Shown here piece after piece: positions 1 to 7,716 of a stretch of 47,033 nucleotides of DNA. The notes under the pieces are model-generated. The model had not been told where the DNA came from. It ran no database searches and saw only the letters and a list, made by a program, of their open reading frames with translations. The stretch is from NCBI GenBank assembly GCA_900555785.1, contig USMO01000001.1:1-47033 (forward strand), read 5' to 3'. The DNA is from an uncultured Eubacteriales bacterium. Lineage in GTDB: Bacteria > Bacillota > Clostridia > Oscillospirales > CAG-272. The position numbers were made by a program, and so were the translations under genes. Position 1 is the stretch's first letter. Each line of letters begins with the position of its first letter.

Positions 1-72
1 CGGCATCGGAAAATATTCGCCGGGGATGTCGCGGGCGTTGTGGTAATAAAATGTTTTATACTGTTTGCTCAA
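1..72 (-). CDS. partial CDS running off the left edge (first about 24 codons), product unknown
   Basis: The open frame LSKQYKTFYYHNARDIPGEYFPMP... starts at a TTG (72..70), 9 nt after AAGGAGG (rc of 82..88). It continues past position 1 and is too short to identify. Confidence 0.25.
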   Translation of the reverse strand, partial: MSKQYKTFYYHNARDIPGEYFPMP

Positions 73-207
73 TCATTGTTTCCTCCTTTTCAGTAAACTT
101 CTTTGAAGTCTTGAAACTTTCTTTCAAGAAAGTTTCAAGTGGGGTTCGGGGCAAGCCCCGAAAAAAATAAGAGTGCCGATCTCTCGACACTCTTGTGTAC
201 TGTTTTG

Positions 208-3138
208 TTATTTGATCAGCAGATGCGCATGCGGAAAACCGTAAATCCATTCCGTGCGGTAGCCTTCGGGAACGAGTTCGGGTTCGACCCGGATCAAGTC
301 GTAAGGAACGAAGTCCTCGGGCGTTTTCACTTTGGAAAGCAGCCTGCGGTTCTCCTCATACAAAAGGCAGGAGAAGAGAAAATACCGGCAGGACTTGATT
401 CCGTATCGGGAGTCGTCGGGATGGTCAATCTCTGAGAGAAGCATCGCGAGGATGTGATCGTTTACCACATTCTTGGATACCTTTTCAAGGCATTTCAGAT
501 AAATTTCCTGCGCTTCTTTCCAATAGATCGCTTTTTCATCCTCCTCGCACTTGCTCGCCGCAGTTTGCAAAGCGGTGATCTGTGAAAAGGCTTCCGTCGC
601 CACTTTGATGATGTTCTGCTTCTTGTGCGTATCGTTGGCACCGCAATCTCCGTTGTCAAGTGAAAAGAGTTCCGACAGCGGAACCGTTTTCACGCTCTTT
701 GCTTTGCCGCGGTAAGCGTTCACCGCATCATAGACAAACGACATCGGACAGTCGAATCGTGCCTTGTTTTCTCCCGTTCCTCCATCGCTGCCTCCCGTCA
801 TAGAGAGAAAGAATTCCGGCAGATGACCGCCGTTTGCCTCTTTGTATTTTCGGCGGTACTCGCCGAGCTTTCGTAATACCTTGCCCGTGTCCACTGCATA
901 CATTCGTTTTGCCTTGTCGATCTCCATGCCGGAAAGGACTGCGAGCTTGCAGATGTCATGGTACAGCGACAGCGGCTCATAGTCGGTTTTACCCGTAAAC
1001 AGCAAATCCCAGAACAGACAGTTGAGAAACTGCGAGAGGTTGACGATCTCACCGATCTTGTTTTCGGCAATGTCGTAATCGAGTTTTGCCAGTCCCGACG
1101 GCGTACCCGTGTACTCCGCTTTGCCCGCAGGCTCCACCATACATACCGGAACTTTCAACGGTTGATAGCATTGCGCGGAACCACGCACAAGCCACTCTTC
1201 ATCGGTGACAAGCAGTGTGTCCGAATCAAAGTCCGAACCGTTCAGACGATGCAAGAGATTACTGTCGATGGAATTGACGCAGACGATGTTCGGCGTCAGA
1301 TTGAAGTAAGCCGTAATCTCCACATTGCCCATGTTTCGCGCAAGGTACAGATTACCCATCGTGATATGCGGACTGCGTGAACAAAGCACAATCTGATCAA
1401 GCGGAAAAGCAGTCGTGAAGATTTCCTCCGCACCGAAAGTGACCGACTCATCCCCCTCCTGCCACCAACCGATCAACGCATACAGGAATTCGCAGGGGTT
1501 GCCGAACATCGTCATATATCCGCCGCCGACGGGGATTCTGCCGTCCTTCAGCTGATCTTTGAAATGCGACACTGTATCACGGCGGAAGGATTTATAAAAA
1601 TCCGTGTTTTCAAAATACGGCGTGCGGCAGGTCATGTCGAGCACCGTCTCCATACGGTAAGTTTCAAGATCGGGAATCTCTTCCTCCTGCATTTTCGCCA
1701 CCGCTTCCGGCGTGTGAATGTGGTAACGCAGAAAGGCGGAATCCGCCAATATGTTGTCAAGGTAATCAAAGGAATCCGCCAGCACCTTTTCTTCTATGCC
1801 CGCATAGGAAAGTCCGAGCGTGTTGATCAGCTGATAATTGGTGTACGCCTTACTCCCGTTCATCAGCGGCGCGGGCTTGTCCGTCTTGACAACGCCGAAC
1901 GCCGAGTCGTCTTTTCCTTCGTATGCGGCATCGAGCCACTGTTTGAAGCCCTTTTTATAGGAGGTCTTCGGCGGCATGAATTTGAGATATTTCAGACTGC
2001 TCTCGGTGATAACCAGTTTGATGTCTTTTATATCCCGCGCAGTGGTATAGCCCGTAAGCTGACTGACGCTGGCAATGCCGTTGTCCGCAAACCATTCCTG
2101 CAACCTCGTATTGAATGCGCAGGTCTTGAAAAAGCGATTGCGCAACAGCACCATGCCATAGTCGGCATACCCGTTTTCTTCAAACACGCTGATGTCAAGC
2201 ATCGCCTGACCGTCCCATATCTTATTTTTAACCATCACTTTCTTTTCGGCTGCCGTGAGGTCGTGGTCGTCGGTTTCTTCCACACTGACCGCATCTGTTT
2301 CAAAGGTGCTTACGGCGTCCGGCATAATGAGAATTGCCTTTTTCGGCAGCCGTATGGTGCCTTCAATGCTGCTCATCGTCAGGGAAAGGTACGCCTGCCA
2401 CGATGCCTGATCGGTCACATCATCCGCCGACAACCCGCACGCACTCCACTTCATCATGTCTGCATAAAGCGGTTCAGCAATAAACATACATCGCCCATCA
2501 CGGCTTGCACCGGCACTGCGCTTATAGCGCACATAATGCACGCCGTCGATGTCAAATCCCTCGGTATAGAGCTTCTCGCGTATCGCCTTGCAGGTGATGG
2601 CAGAAGGAATCGCCGCTTTGCTTCTGCAGTATGCCTTCGCCTCACTGTCATACACAAAATATTTGCCGAGCAGTTCCACCGGAATCGGATTCTGTACCGC
2701 CGCATATTGCGTGTCTTTGGAATACGGCACCTCAATGGCGATCAACTCGCCATCACGCACGCACACATGGTCGACCATCTCATCGTCCGTTACCGTGCAT
2801 CCGTGCCGCACAAATTTGCGCCCGTACTGCTCAAACTGCTTGATGGCGTATGCAAAGGAGACATTGACCACGGCGCGGCAAAACTGCTTGTCTTCCAGAT
2901 ACGGAAACGGTAGCTCTGTCTTGTGCCGTTTGAAAATTTCTTTCATTTTCAGCGTGTCAAGGCTCTCGTCAAGTACGCCGCGAAAAGCGTCGGGATAGAG
3001 CTTTCCGTTTTTGCGCGTCGTGATTCCGTGTTTCAGAATGTCACTTCCGTCGATCGCAATGATCCGCACCATCTTCGGCTCTTTCTTTGCACCTTTTGTC
3101 ACCGTAGCACCTCCTTTTCCTTGTTCTTTTTTCTGCAT
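208..3138 (-). CDS. YonO / RdRP-like single-chain two-barrel RNA polymerase homologue (976 aa; alternative start at Met23, nt 3072)
   Basis: Long ORF. The motif IVLCSRSPHITMGNLYLARN...LNGSDFDSDTLLV (nt 1219..1380) matches the beta-prime-type barrel signature R-x-P-x-x-H...NADFDGD and the RdRP DxDGD loop. YVRYKRSAGASRDGRCMFIAE (nt 2473..2535) resembles the S-x-x-Q-x-R...F segment of the RdRP family. The antisense 449-aa ORF is R/H/F-rich junk. Confidence 0.6.
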   Translation of the reverse strand: MQKKEQGKGGATVTKGAKKEPKMVRIIAIDGSDILKHGITTRKNGKLYPDAFRGVLDESLDTLKMKEIFKRHKTELPFPYLEDKQFCRAVVNVSFAYAIKQFEQYGRKFVRHGCTVTDDEMVDHVCVRDGELIAIEVPYSKDTQYAAVQNPIPVELLGKYFVYDSEAKAYCRSKAAIPSAITCKAIREKLYTEGFDIDGVHYVRYKRSAGASRDGRCMFIAEPLYADMMKWSACGLSADDVTDQASWQAYLSLTMSSIEGTIRLPKKAILIMPDAVSTFETDAVSVEETDDHDLTAAEKKVMVKNKIWDGQAMLDISVFEENGYADYGMVLLRNRFFKTCAFNTRLQEWFADNGIASVSQLTGYTTARDIKDIKLVITESSLKYLKFMPPKTSYKKGFKQWLDAAYEGKDDSAFGVVKTDKPAPLMNGSKAYTNYQLINTLGLSYAGIEEKVLADSFDYLDNILADSAFLRYHIHTPEAVAKMQEEEIPDLETYRMETVLDMTCRTPYFENTDFYKSFRRDTVSHFKDQLKDGRIPVGGGYMTMFGNPCEFLYALIGWWQEGDESVTFGAEEIFTTAFPLDQIVLCSRSPHITMGNLYLARNMGNVEITAYFNLTPNIVCVNSIDSNLLHRLNGSDFDSDTLLVTDEEWLVRGSAQCYQPLKVPVCMVEPAGKAEYTGTPSGLAKLDYDIAENKIGEIVNLSQFLNCLFWDLLFTGKTDYEPLSLYHDICKLAVLSGMEIDKAKRMYAVDTGKVLRKLGEYRRKYKEANGGHLPEFFLSMTGGSDGGTGENKARFDCPMSFVYDAVNAYRGKAKSVKTVPLSELFSLDNGDCGANDTHKKQNIIKVATEAFSQITALQTAASKCEEDEKAIYWKEAQEIYLKCLEKVSKNVVNDHILAMLLSEIDHPDDSRYGIKSCRYFLFSCLLYEENRRLLSKVKTPEDFVPYDLIRVEPELVPEGYRTEWIYGFPHAHLLIK

Positions 3139-3405
3139 TAACTTTGCAACGTTTTTCGTGAATCATGGTTACACCGCCGTTTCATCGGTTGTTTCCTACC
3201 ATATATCCGAACGGATGGCGTATCACGAAACAGCGCAAAATGCACGCTATATCAGCGTTTTCGGGTATTTTTGCATGAATCGCAAAATAGGCAACTGTAA
3301 ATTTCGGCATCAAAAATGCTCTTATATGCAGACTTTTCACTTTTAAGAAAGGCTCCGCACTGGCTCTGTGCGAAGCCTTGAAAATCATTTTTTCACCGCT
3401 GGGGC

Positions 3406-3424
3406 TTTTTCTTTGCCTACAGCG
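3406..3424. repeat. core repeat copy R1 (TTTTTCTTTGCCTACAGCG)
   Basis: One mismatch to the 16-nt core TTTCTTTGCCTACTGC seen at five other sites. Its left flank TTTTCACCG is shared with R2. Confidence 0.7.
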
Positions 3425-3700
3425 AGGGAGATATTGGGGGATAACCATTTTAAAACCGGATGCAAAACAGGCATGTTATTACTGCTTTTCTCGGTATTAT
3501 CAATAGTTGAAACACTTTAAAAATGCATTATAATTCAGAACATCACGCTCCGTGTGAAATACGGCATACTCAATCATAACGAGGTGGAAAAAATAATTTA
3601 TATTTTCATTATTCACTATTGATTTCATCTAGGAATTGGTCTTTTATGGATCCAAAAAATTATTATTTTTCTTATAAATCCAACTGCAATTCTTTCACTA

Positions 3701-4906
3701 CTATTTTCGACGCTCTGGATACGCATGTTCTTGCACCATGCTTTCCAAATAGCAAGCAACCCTAACTAGCAACTTGATTTCTAAATATGGCATGGTTTTA
3801 ACATCAATATATACCCATTTTCGGGCAAACTCTTTTGAAAAGTCATCCGCTTGAGTCAATCCCCAAGACTCAGCATCATTGTTCTCGGTCAAAGATGTTT
3901 TATCTCCTAGGTAATCGAATATTTTTTCTAACTGGTAGTGTGCCATTTTATGCATTTGAGATGGGCGCCGAGTTATAGTGCTACAAATTTTTTCTACGCT
4001 CTCATAATCTAAATTGTCGACTGACATACACAATTCAGGGATTCTACCCACTATTTCGGCTCTGAATGTCTCAACGGCAGATATGTTGCGCAAGTCCGAC
4101 AAGCTACAACTCATATACTTTATAAAGTCGCGAATAGAGTAACATGTCTCATACCGTGATGTCAATATTTTATCTATCTCAATAAGAATCTCCACTGGTG
4201 ATTGATCTTGATTCACTTTAAACATGCGCCAATTATTTTCTGCATTAGCAACTTGTTCTTCGGCCCACTTTGTAGCTAATTCCAACTGTTCGTATTTAAA
4301 GCATATAAATTGCTTTAGTATATCAAATGGAAATTCTAAATCAATAATCTCTTCTGATTGATTTGAATAAATTCTCGCCCCAACTGCATTTTTTACACCA
4401 GAAAAAACAGATGAAATCCCATTCACAATGACCCATGGAGAGTATTGAACTTCATCTTTGTGCAAAAACTTTGGACGTCCAGTTCCAAATGGATGTGCAA
4501 ATATTAGAGAACGAATGTACTCAAAAAACTTATCATCCGTGGGTGCTTCGGCTTCTGGATTAAATATGCGAGATTTTTCGTAAATGAGTTTGAAATATTC
4601 TCTTTCCGAGTTTTGCTCAGGTATATTCAAAACAGAAAGAAGTTGCTTAACTGCATCGTAAACCATACAAGCAAACATCATAAATACGAGGAAATCTTCT
4701 TCGGAATCGGGTATATCTCCATATTTATTCAACTTTGCAATGCAAGTATCTAATCTATCCATTACAGCGCAACACAAATTGTACTGTGAAAGATATTTAG
4801 GATCATTCTCGAATATCGGAGAAGAGTTTATTGCATTGCGAAAATCGCAACAGTATTTTTTATCGAAATACAAATTATCTTTTTTAAAATCTTTTTTGTG
4901 TTTCAT
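3701..4906 (-). CDS. hypothetical protein, 401 aa, in a visibly AT-rich segment; possible HEPN-like R-x5-H motif
   Basis: Clean ORF with RBS AGGTGGG. Base composition is clearly lower in GC than the neighbouring genes. FEYIRSLIFAHPFG (nt 4493..4513) fits the HEPN Rx4-6H pattern, but I recognise no other family signature. Confidence 0.8.
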   Translation of the reverse strand: MKHKKDFKKDNLYFDKKYCCDFRNAINSSPIFENDPKYLSQYNLCCAVMDRLDTCIAKLNKYGDIPDSEEDFLVFMMFACMVYDAVKQLLSVLNIPEQNSEREYFKLIYEKSRIFNPEAEAPTDDKFFEYIRSLIFAHPFGTGRPKFLHKDEVQYSPWVIVNGISSVFSGVKNAVGARIYSNQSEEIIDLEFPFDILKQFICFKYEQLELATKWAEEQVANAENNWRMFKVNQDQSPVEILIEIDKILTSRYETCYSIRDFIKYMSCSLSDLRNISAVETFRAEIVGRIPELCMSVDNLDYESVEKICSTITRRPSQMHKMAHYQLEKIFDYLGDKTSLTENNDAESWGLTQADDFSKEFARKWVYIDVKTMPYLEIKLLVRVACYLESMVQEHAYPERRK

Positions 4907-4975
4907 TTTTGACCCACCTACTCAATCAAGCATCCTGCAATACAAACCATCAAATCTTATCATTCGAACATTTTG

Positions 4976-5392
4976 CTACTTATCGTTCCTCTGCCTATGA
5001 ATCTCTTTCAGATCCTCGATTGCCACTTCCGGGGCAAGAGTGTGAAAGATGAGCCAATTGCGGTTCATGGTCTCGGCAGGGGCTTGCTTATAGATTTCAC
5101 GGCTGTCCTCGCCAGTGGCGAAATGCCAGAAGCGATAAAGATATCCGCTCCAAAACAGCGTTTCTTTATCATAGACTTTCCCGCCGGGTGTCAGCTTTGC
5201 GGAATCGACCACTTCGGCAAGAAGGTACTCCTCGCCTGCCCATTGCAGGCGGTTATACTTTGAATCCAGCCCTTTGGCGGTTTCGGAGGTCATAAACGCT
5301 TTGATGAAGGTCGCGCTGTCATATCCTTTTGCGCCGGACAGTTCAAAAAGCCTGCCCTGGATATCACACAGTTTGAATTGAATGCCGTCCAT
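4976..5392 (-). CDS. hypothetical 138-aa protein, translationally linked to the upstream HTH-DUF3990-like gene (possibly DUF3791-like)
   Basis: The ORF has an AAGGAGG RBS overlapping the last codons of the upstream gene (stop at 5404, start at 5392). The family call is from memory of DUF3990/DUF3791 gene pairs and is uncertain. Confidence 0.75.
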   Translation of the reverse strand: MDGIQFKLCDIQGRLFELSGAKGYDSATFIKAFMTSETAKGLDSKYNRLQWAGEEYLLAEVVDSAKLTPGGKVYDKETLFWSGYLYRFWHFATGEDSREIYKQAPAETMNRNWLIFHTLAPEVAIEDLKEIHRQRNDK

Positions 5393-5403
5393 GGTTTCCT
5401 CCT

Positions 5404-6267
5404 TTACTTGGCTTCGTCGAGAATTTCGTCAAAAAATTTGCCGTCGCGGCGATAGTTTTTGCAAATATCATTGGCAAGTGAAACGCCCTTCTGGCGGTTC
5501 GCGTCACTCTCGTCCTGTAAAAATCTGCGTTCCAACAAAGAAAGCGGTATCTCTTTTTCAATGCGGACAGCGGCGCACGCCTTTTCGGTGGTGGCAACAT
5601 ATTGCTTTCCGAGCTTGAGCGCGGACAAGCTGTTCACAAGCGCCATGTCTGTAATCACGCCGGTAAAGAAATTGTCGAGGACATAGAACATCCTGTCGTT
5701 TGCGATGCTGCCGATGACAATATCTTTTCCTGCGTCGATCTTACTGTATTTATCATAAAGTGCCGTGCCTTTGATCTGTTCCATTCTGCCGCGATGGTAG
5801 GCAACGAGCATTGCCCAGTCAAGATCGGCTTTGATTTCGATCGTGTCAAGGTTTTTCATATCGACGGAGACAACATAGAATTTGGATTTTTCAAAATCGC
5901 AGATCAGAGTCAGCGGCTGACCCGGGTCGGTACCCATATAAAAGCCCTTACCGAAATCACACATTTCACGACTCTTCGGAGCAATCTCGCCGACAATACC
6001 GGACTTTGAACCGTGGTAAAGCAGTATTCTGTCTCCATCGAGGGAGACTGCATCGGCATCTGCTTTGATTTTTTCAAGAATCATCTGATAAACGGGAACA
6101 CCATGCTCCTTGCAGTATTCATAAAGGGTTGTCTGTGCCAGTTTGGTCGGAATCGCACGACCGTTTTCCCAACGGTTGACGGTTGCAAATGTGACACCGA
6201 TTTTATCCGCAAATTCGGTTTGGCTCAGCCCCAAGTATTCTCTTATGCTTTTAATCAGTTTCCGCAT
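5404..6267 (-). CDS. HTH-XRE domain fused to a DUF3990-like (ADP-ribosyltransferase-clan-like) domain, 287 aa
   Basis: The N-terminus IREYLGLSQTEFADKIGVTFATVNRWENGRAIP is a classic XRE helix-turn-helix. The C-terminus has LYHGS...DFGKGFYMG...VIGSIANDRMF...LGKQYVATTEKA, which resembles the DUF3990 consensus as I recall it. I chose the ATG at 6267 (GGAGG 5 nt upstream) over the longer ORF-track start at 6291. Confidence 0.7.
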   Translation of the reverse strand: MRKLIKSIREYLGLSQTEFADKIGVTFATVNRWENGRAIPTKLAQTTLYEYCKEHGVPVYQMILEKIKADADAVSLDGDRILLYHGSKSGIVGEIAPKSREMCDFGKGFYMGTDPGQPLTLICDFEKSKFYVVSVDMKNLDTIEIKADLDWAMLVAYHRGRMEQIKGTALYDKYSKIDAGKDIVIGSIANDRMFYVLDNFFTGVITDMALVNSLSALKLGKQYVATTEKACAAVRIEKEIPLSLLERRFLQDESDANRQKGVSLANDICKNYRRDGKFFDEILDEAK

Positions 6268-6402
6268 TGATACCTCCGGCCAATATAACAAATTATATTA
6301 AAGTTATTATACCAGATGTCATATCAAATGTCAATGCTACTTGCGGTATTTGTTGCATGATTTTGTCAGATATTTTTCACCGTAGGCGAAAAATGTTCCG
6401 TC

Positions 6403-6420
6403 TTTTTCTTTGCCTACTGC
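6403..6420. repeat. core repeat copy R2 (TTTTTCTTTGCCTACTGC)
   Basis: Exact copy of the 16-nt core. Confidence 0.75.
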
Positions 6421-6498
6421 GGCGTAAAATAAGTTTTTTTGAAGTTCTATCGGAACTATATGCGGAACTATACCGTCGCGTTTTTGGGTATTGTTCCG

Positions 6499-6531
6499 AT
6501 AGAAAAAGGACAGGCGATTTTGCCTGTCCTT
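6499..6531 (-). terminator. orphan rho-independent terminator (minus strand)
   Basis: A 10-bp stem, AAGGACAGGC/GCCTGTCCTT (6506..6515 / 6522..6531), is followed on the minus strand by TTTTTCT. No minus-strand gene lies upstream of it. Confidence 0.45.
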
Positions 6532-6590
6532 TGGGTACAACATCTGATAAAAAGGTATAAATACGAATTTTTGCCGCATGCTATGTCGGC

Positions 6591-6671
6591 ATCGAAAGAT
6601 TCCTGCTTGACCCGATAGCCGTTTCGTGATGTGCCGACGGAATTTGAAAATCCGTTTTCTTTGCCTACTGC
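6591..6671. repeat. repeat copy R3 (modules A+B)
   Basis: GGCATCGAAAGATTCCTGCTTGACCCGATAGCCGTTTCGTGATGTGCCGACGGAAT...GTTTTCTTTGCCTACTGC aligns along its length with 17551..17630. Confidence 0.75.
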
Positions 6672-6763
6672 GCCTCAACCTTTGCGTTGTGAATGAGTTG
6701 ACTTCCAACCGATTTTATGCTATACTGAAGGCAGAAAAAAGCATCTTGAACGGAGGCACGCGA

Positions 6764-7009
6764 ATGACTAAAGATATTGTAAAGTCTGTTGTGGATAAAG
6801 CCGATCCGATCGGGTTGCTTGGGATGTGTTGCCCGGCAGATGAATATGATTCCGAAATCGAGATAATTTTTGCACGCATCCGAAAAGGCATGTCCGCAGA
6901 CGAAATTGCCAAGGTCATTCATGCCGTGTTTCTTGAAATGTTCGGCGAGTCAATTGACACTAAGCTCTGTGACACCATGGCATGCGAAATGCTATCACTT
7001 GATTGCTGA
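6764..7009 (+). CDS. small hypothetical protein, 81 aa
   Basis: ATG at 6764 preceded by GGAGG. The sequence MTKDIVKSVVDKADPIGLLGMCCPADEYDSEIEII... is protein-like. The longer 127-aa ORF-track start has no RBS. Confidence 0.55.
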   Translation: MTKDIVKSVVDKADPIGLLGMCCPADEYDSEIEIIFARIRKGMSADEIAKVIHAVFLEMFGESIDTKLCDTMACEMLSLDC

Positions 7010-7144
7010 CCACATCTTTGACCACTTACGGCTTCGGACTACCCGGATTCAGTGCCGCGAAGAGCACACGAAAGCAGTCAATCCGGACTAAAAAGCCCCG
7101 AAAAGCCCGTAAAATCACGTAAAAAATCAGGTTTTTAGCGTTTG

Positions 7145-7185
7145 GGACTTCGATGCCGTCGGTTCGAATCCGGCCACTCCGACCA
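7145..7185 (+). other. tRNA 3'-end-like fragment 1 (T-arm + acceptor 3' strand + CCA); no 5' half present
   Basis: GTCGG-TTCGAAT-CCGGC (7158..7174) forms a canonical T-arm. It is followed by CACTCCG-A-CCA (7175..7185). The complementary 5' acceptor CGGAGTG is absent upstream. Confidence 0.55.
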
Positions 7186-7449
7186 TATCGAGTGTTCGTA
7201 ACAAAATTCAATTATGAGCACTCGTTCACTTTGCTTCTTATTTTTTGTTTGGTGCTTAAATTCGAAAGCCTTGACACTGCTGAAGTATTTTCTCTCAGTT
7301 TCAGCGCGCTGGAACTCGTAATGTCCTTTATAGAACTTACCGGAGGTATGAATATGGATGCAAATATTGTGGTGGGAATCGGTTGTTATGGGGGAAGACC
7401 TGGCAATAGAGTCATTGCAATCAAACGAAAGCCATACCAAATAAAAATC

Positions 7450-7491
7450 TGAAGATAAACCGAAGTGGGTTCAATCCCCACACCCCCACCA
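7450..7491 (+). other. tRNA 3'-end-like fragment 2 (T-arm + acceptor 3' strand)
   Basis: GTGGG-TTCAATC-CCCAC (7465..7481) is followed by ACCCCCA (7482..7488). No cloverleaf can be built from the preceding about 75 nt. Confidence 0.5.
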
Positions 7492-7509
7492 AATCGCGGA
7501 TTTCCGCGA

Positions 7510-7539
7510 AGCCGCAGAGTGCAGTGCTCTGCGGCTTTT
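7510..7539 (+). terminator. rho-independent terminator just after tRNA-like fragment 2
   Basis: AGCCGCAGAG-tgcagtg-CTCTGCGGCT followed by TTT. This is the arrangement typical of the native 3' flank of a tRNA gene. Confidence 0.6.
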
Positions 7540-7582
7540 GCTTTACAAGGGTTGAAATCAAGATCAAACATTTTATCATTAT

Positions 7583-7622
7583 TTTTTGCCTACTGCAACG
7601 CAATTTTTAAGGTTTGACAGCC
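7583..7622. repeat. repeat copy R4 (core B with one T deletion + module C + degenerate hairpin)
   Basis: TTTTTTGCCTACTGCAACGCAATTTTTAAGGTTTGACAGCC aligns with 9123..9162 and 17614..17653. Confidence 0.7.
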
Positions 7623-7716
7623 ACGAATTATATAAACAGAGTAATAGCTCAAGTCACGGTGCAGTATATTGTTTTTCTTTGAAATTTTGCTAAAGCAAGC
7701 AAAGACAAAAGCTACT

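Noticed and set aside
56-250. 64-aa minus-strand ORF overlapping the end of the polymerase-like gene, and the palindrome GAAACTTTC...GAAAGTTTC with a CGGGGC-AA-GCCCCG hairpin at about 113..166.
   Set aside because: The ORF has no RBS and overlaps the stop region of the large gene. The hairpins probably form the terminator region between the large gene and the next minus-strand gene, but the T-run geometry is ambiguous, so no terminator is called.
1564-2913. 449-aa plus-strand ORF antisense to the polymerase-like gene. The same pattern applies to other long antisense ORFs: 18548..20032, 26326..28881, 28949..31150, 33654..36281, 40129..42459, 43644..45155, 16301..17218, 20219..21235 and 9705..10580.
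   Set aside because: Each lies opposite a gene with clear family motifs, signal peptides or RBSs. Their translations are Arg/His/Val/Gln-rich low-information sequence without an RBS. This is the usual stop-codon-poor antisense frame of GC-biased genes.
7389-7489. An intact tRNA built from TGGGGGA (7389..7395) pairing with ACCCCCA (7482..7488).
   Set aside because: The span is 101 nt. No D-arm or anticodon arm can be folded, and position 7 mismatches. It is treated as a 3' fragment only.
7465-7491. tmRNA (ssrA) 3' end as the origin of fragment 2, because it ends ...CCCCCACCA.
   Set aside because: With ACCA as the terminus, the acceptor strand is one nucleotide short. The alternative register lacks the G3:U70 pair needed for alanine charging.
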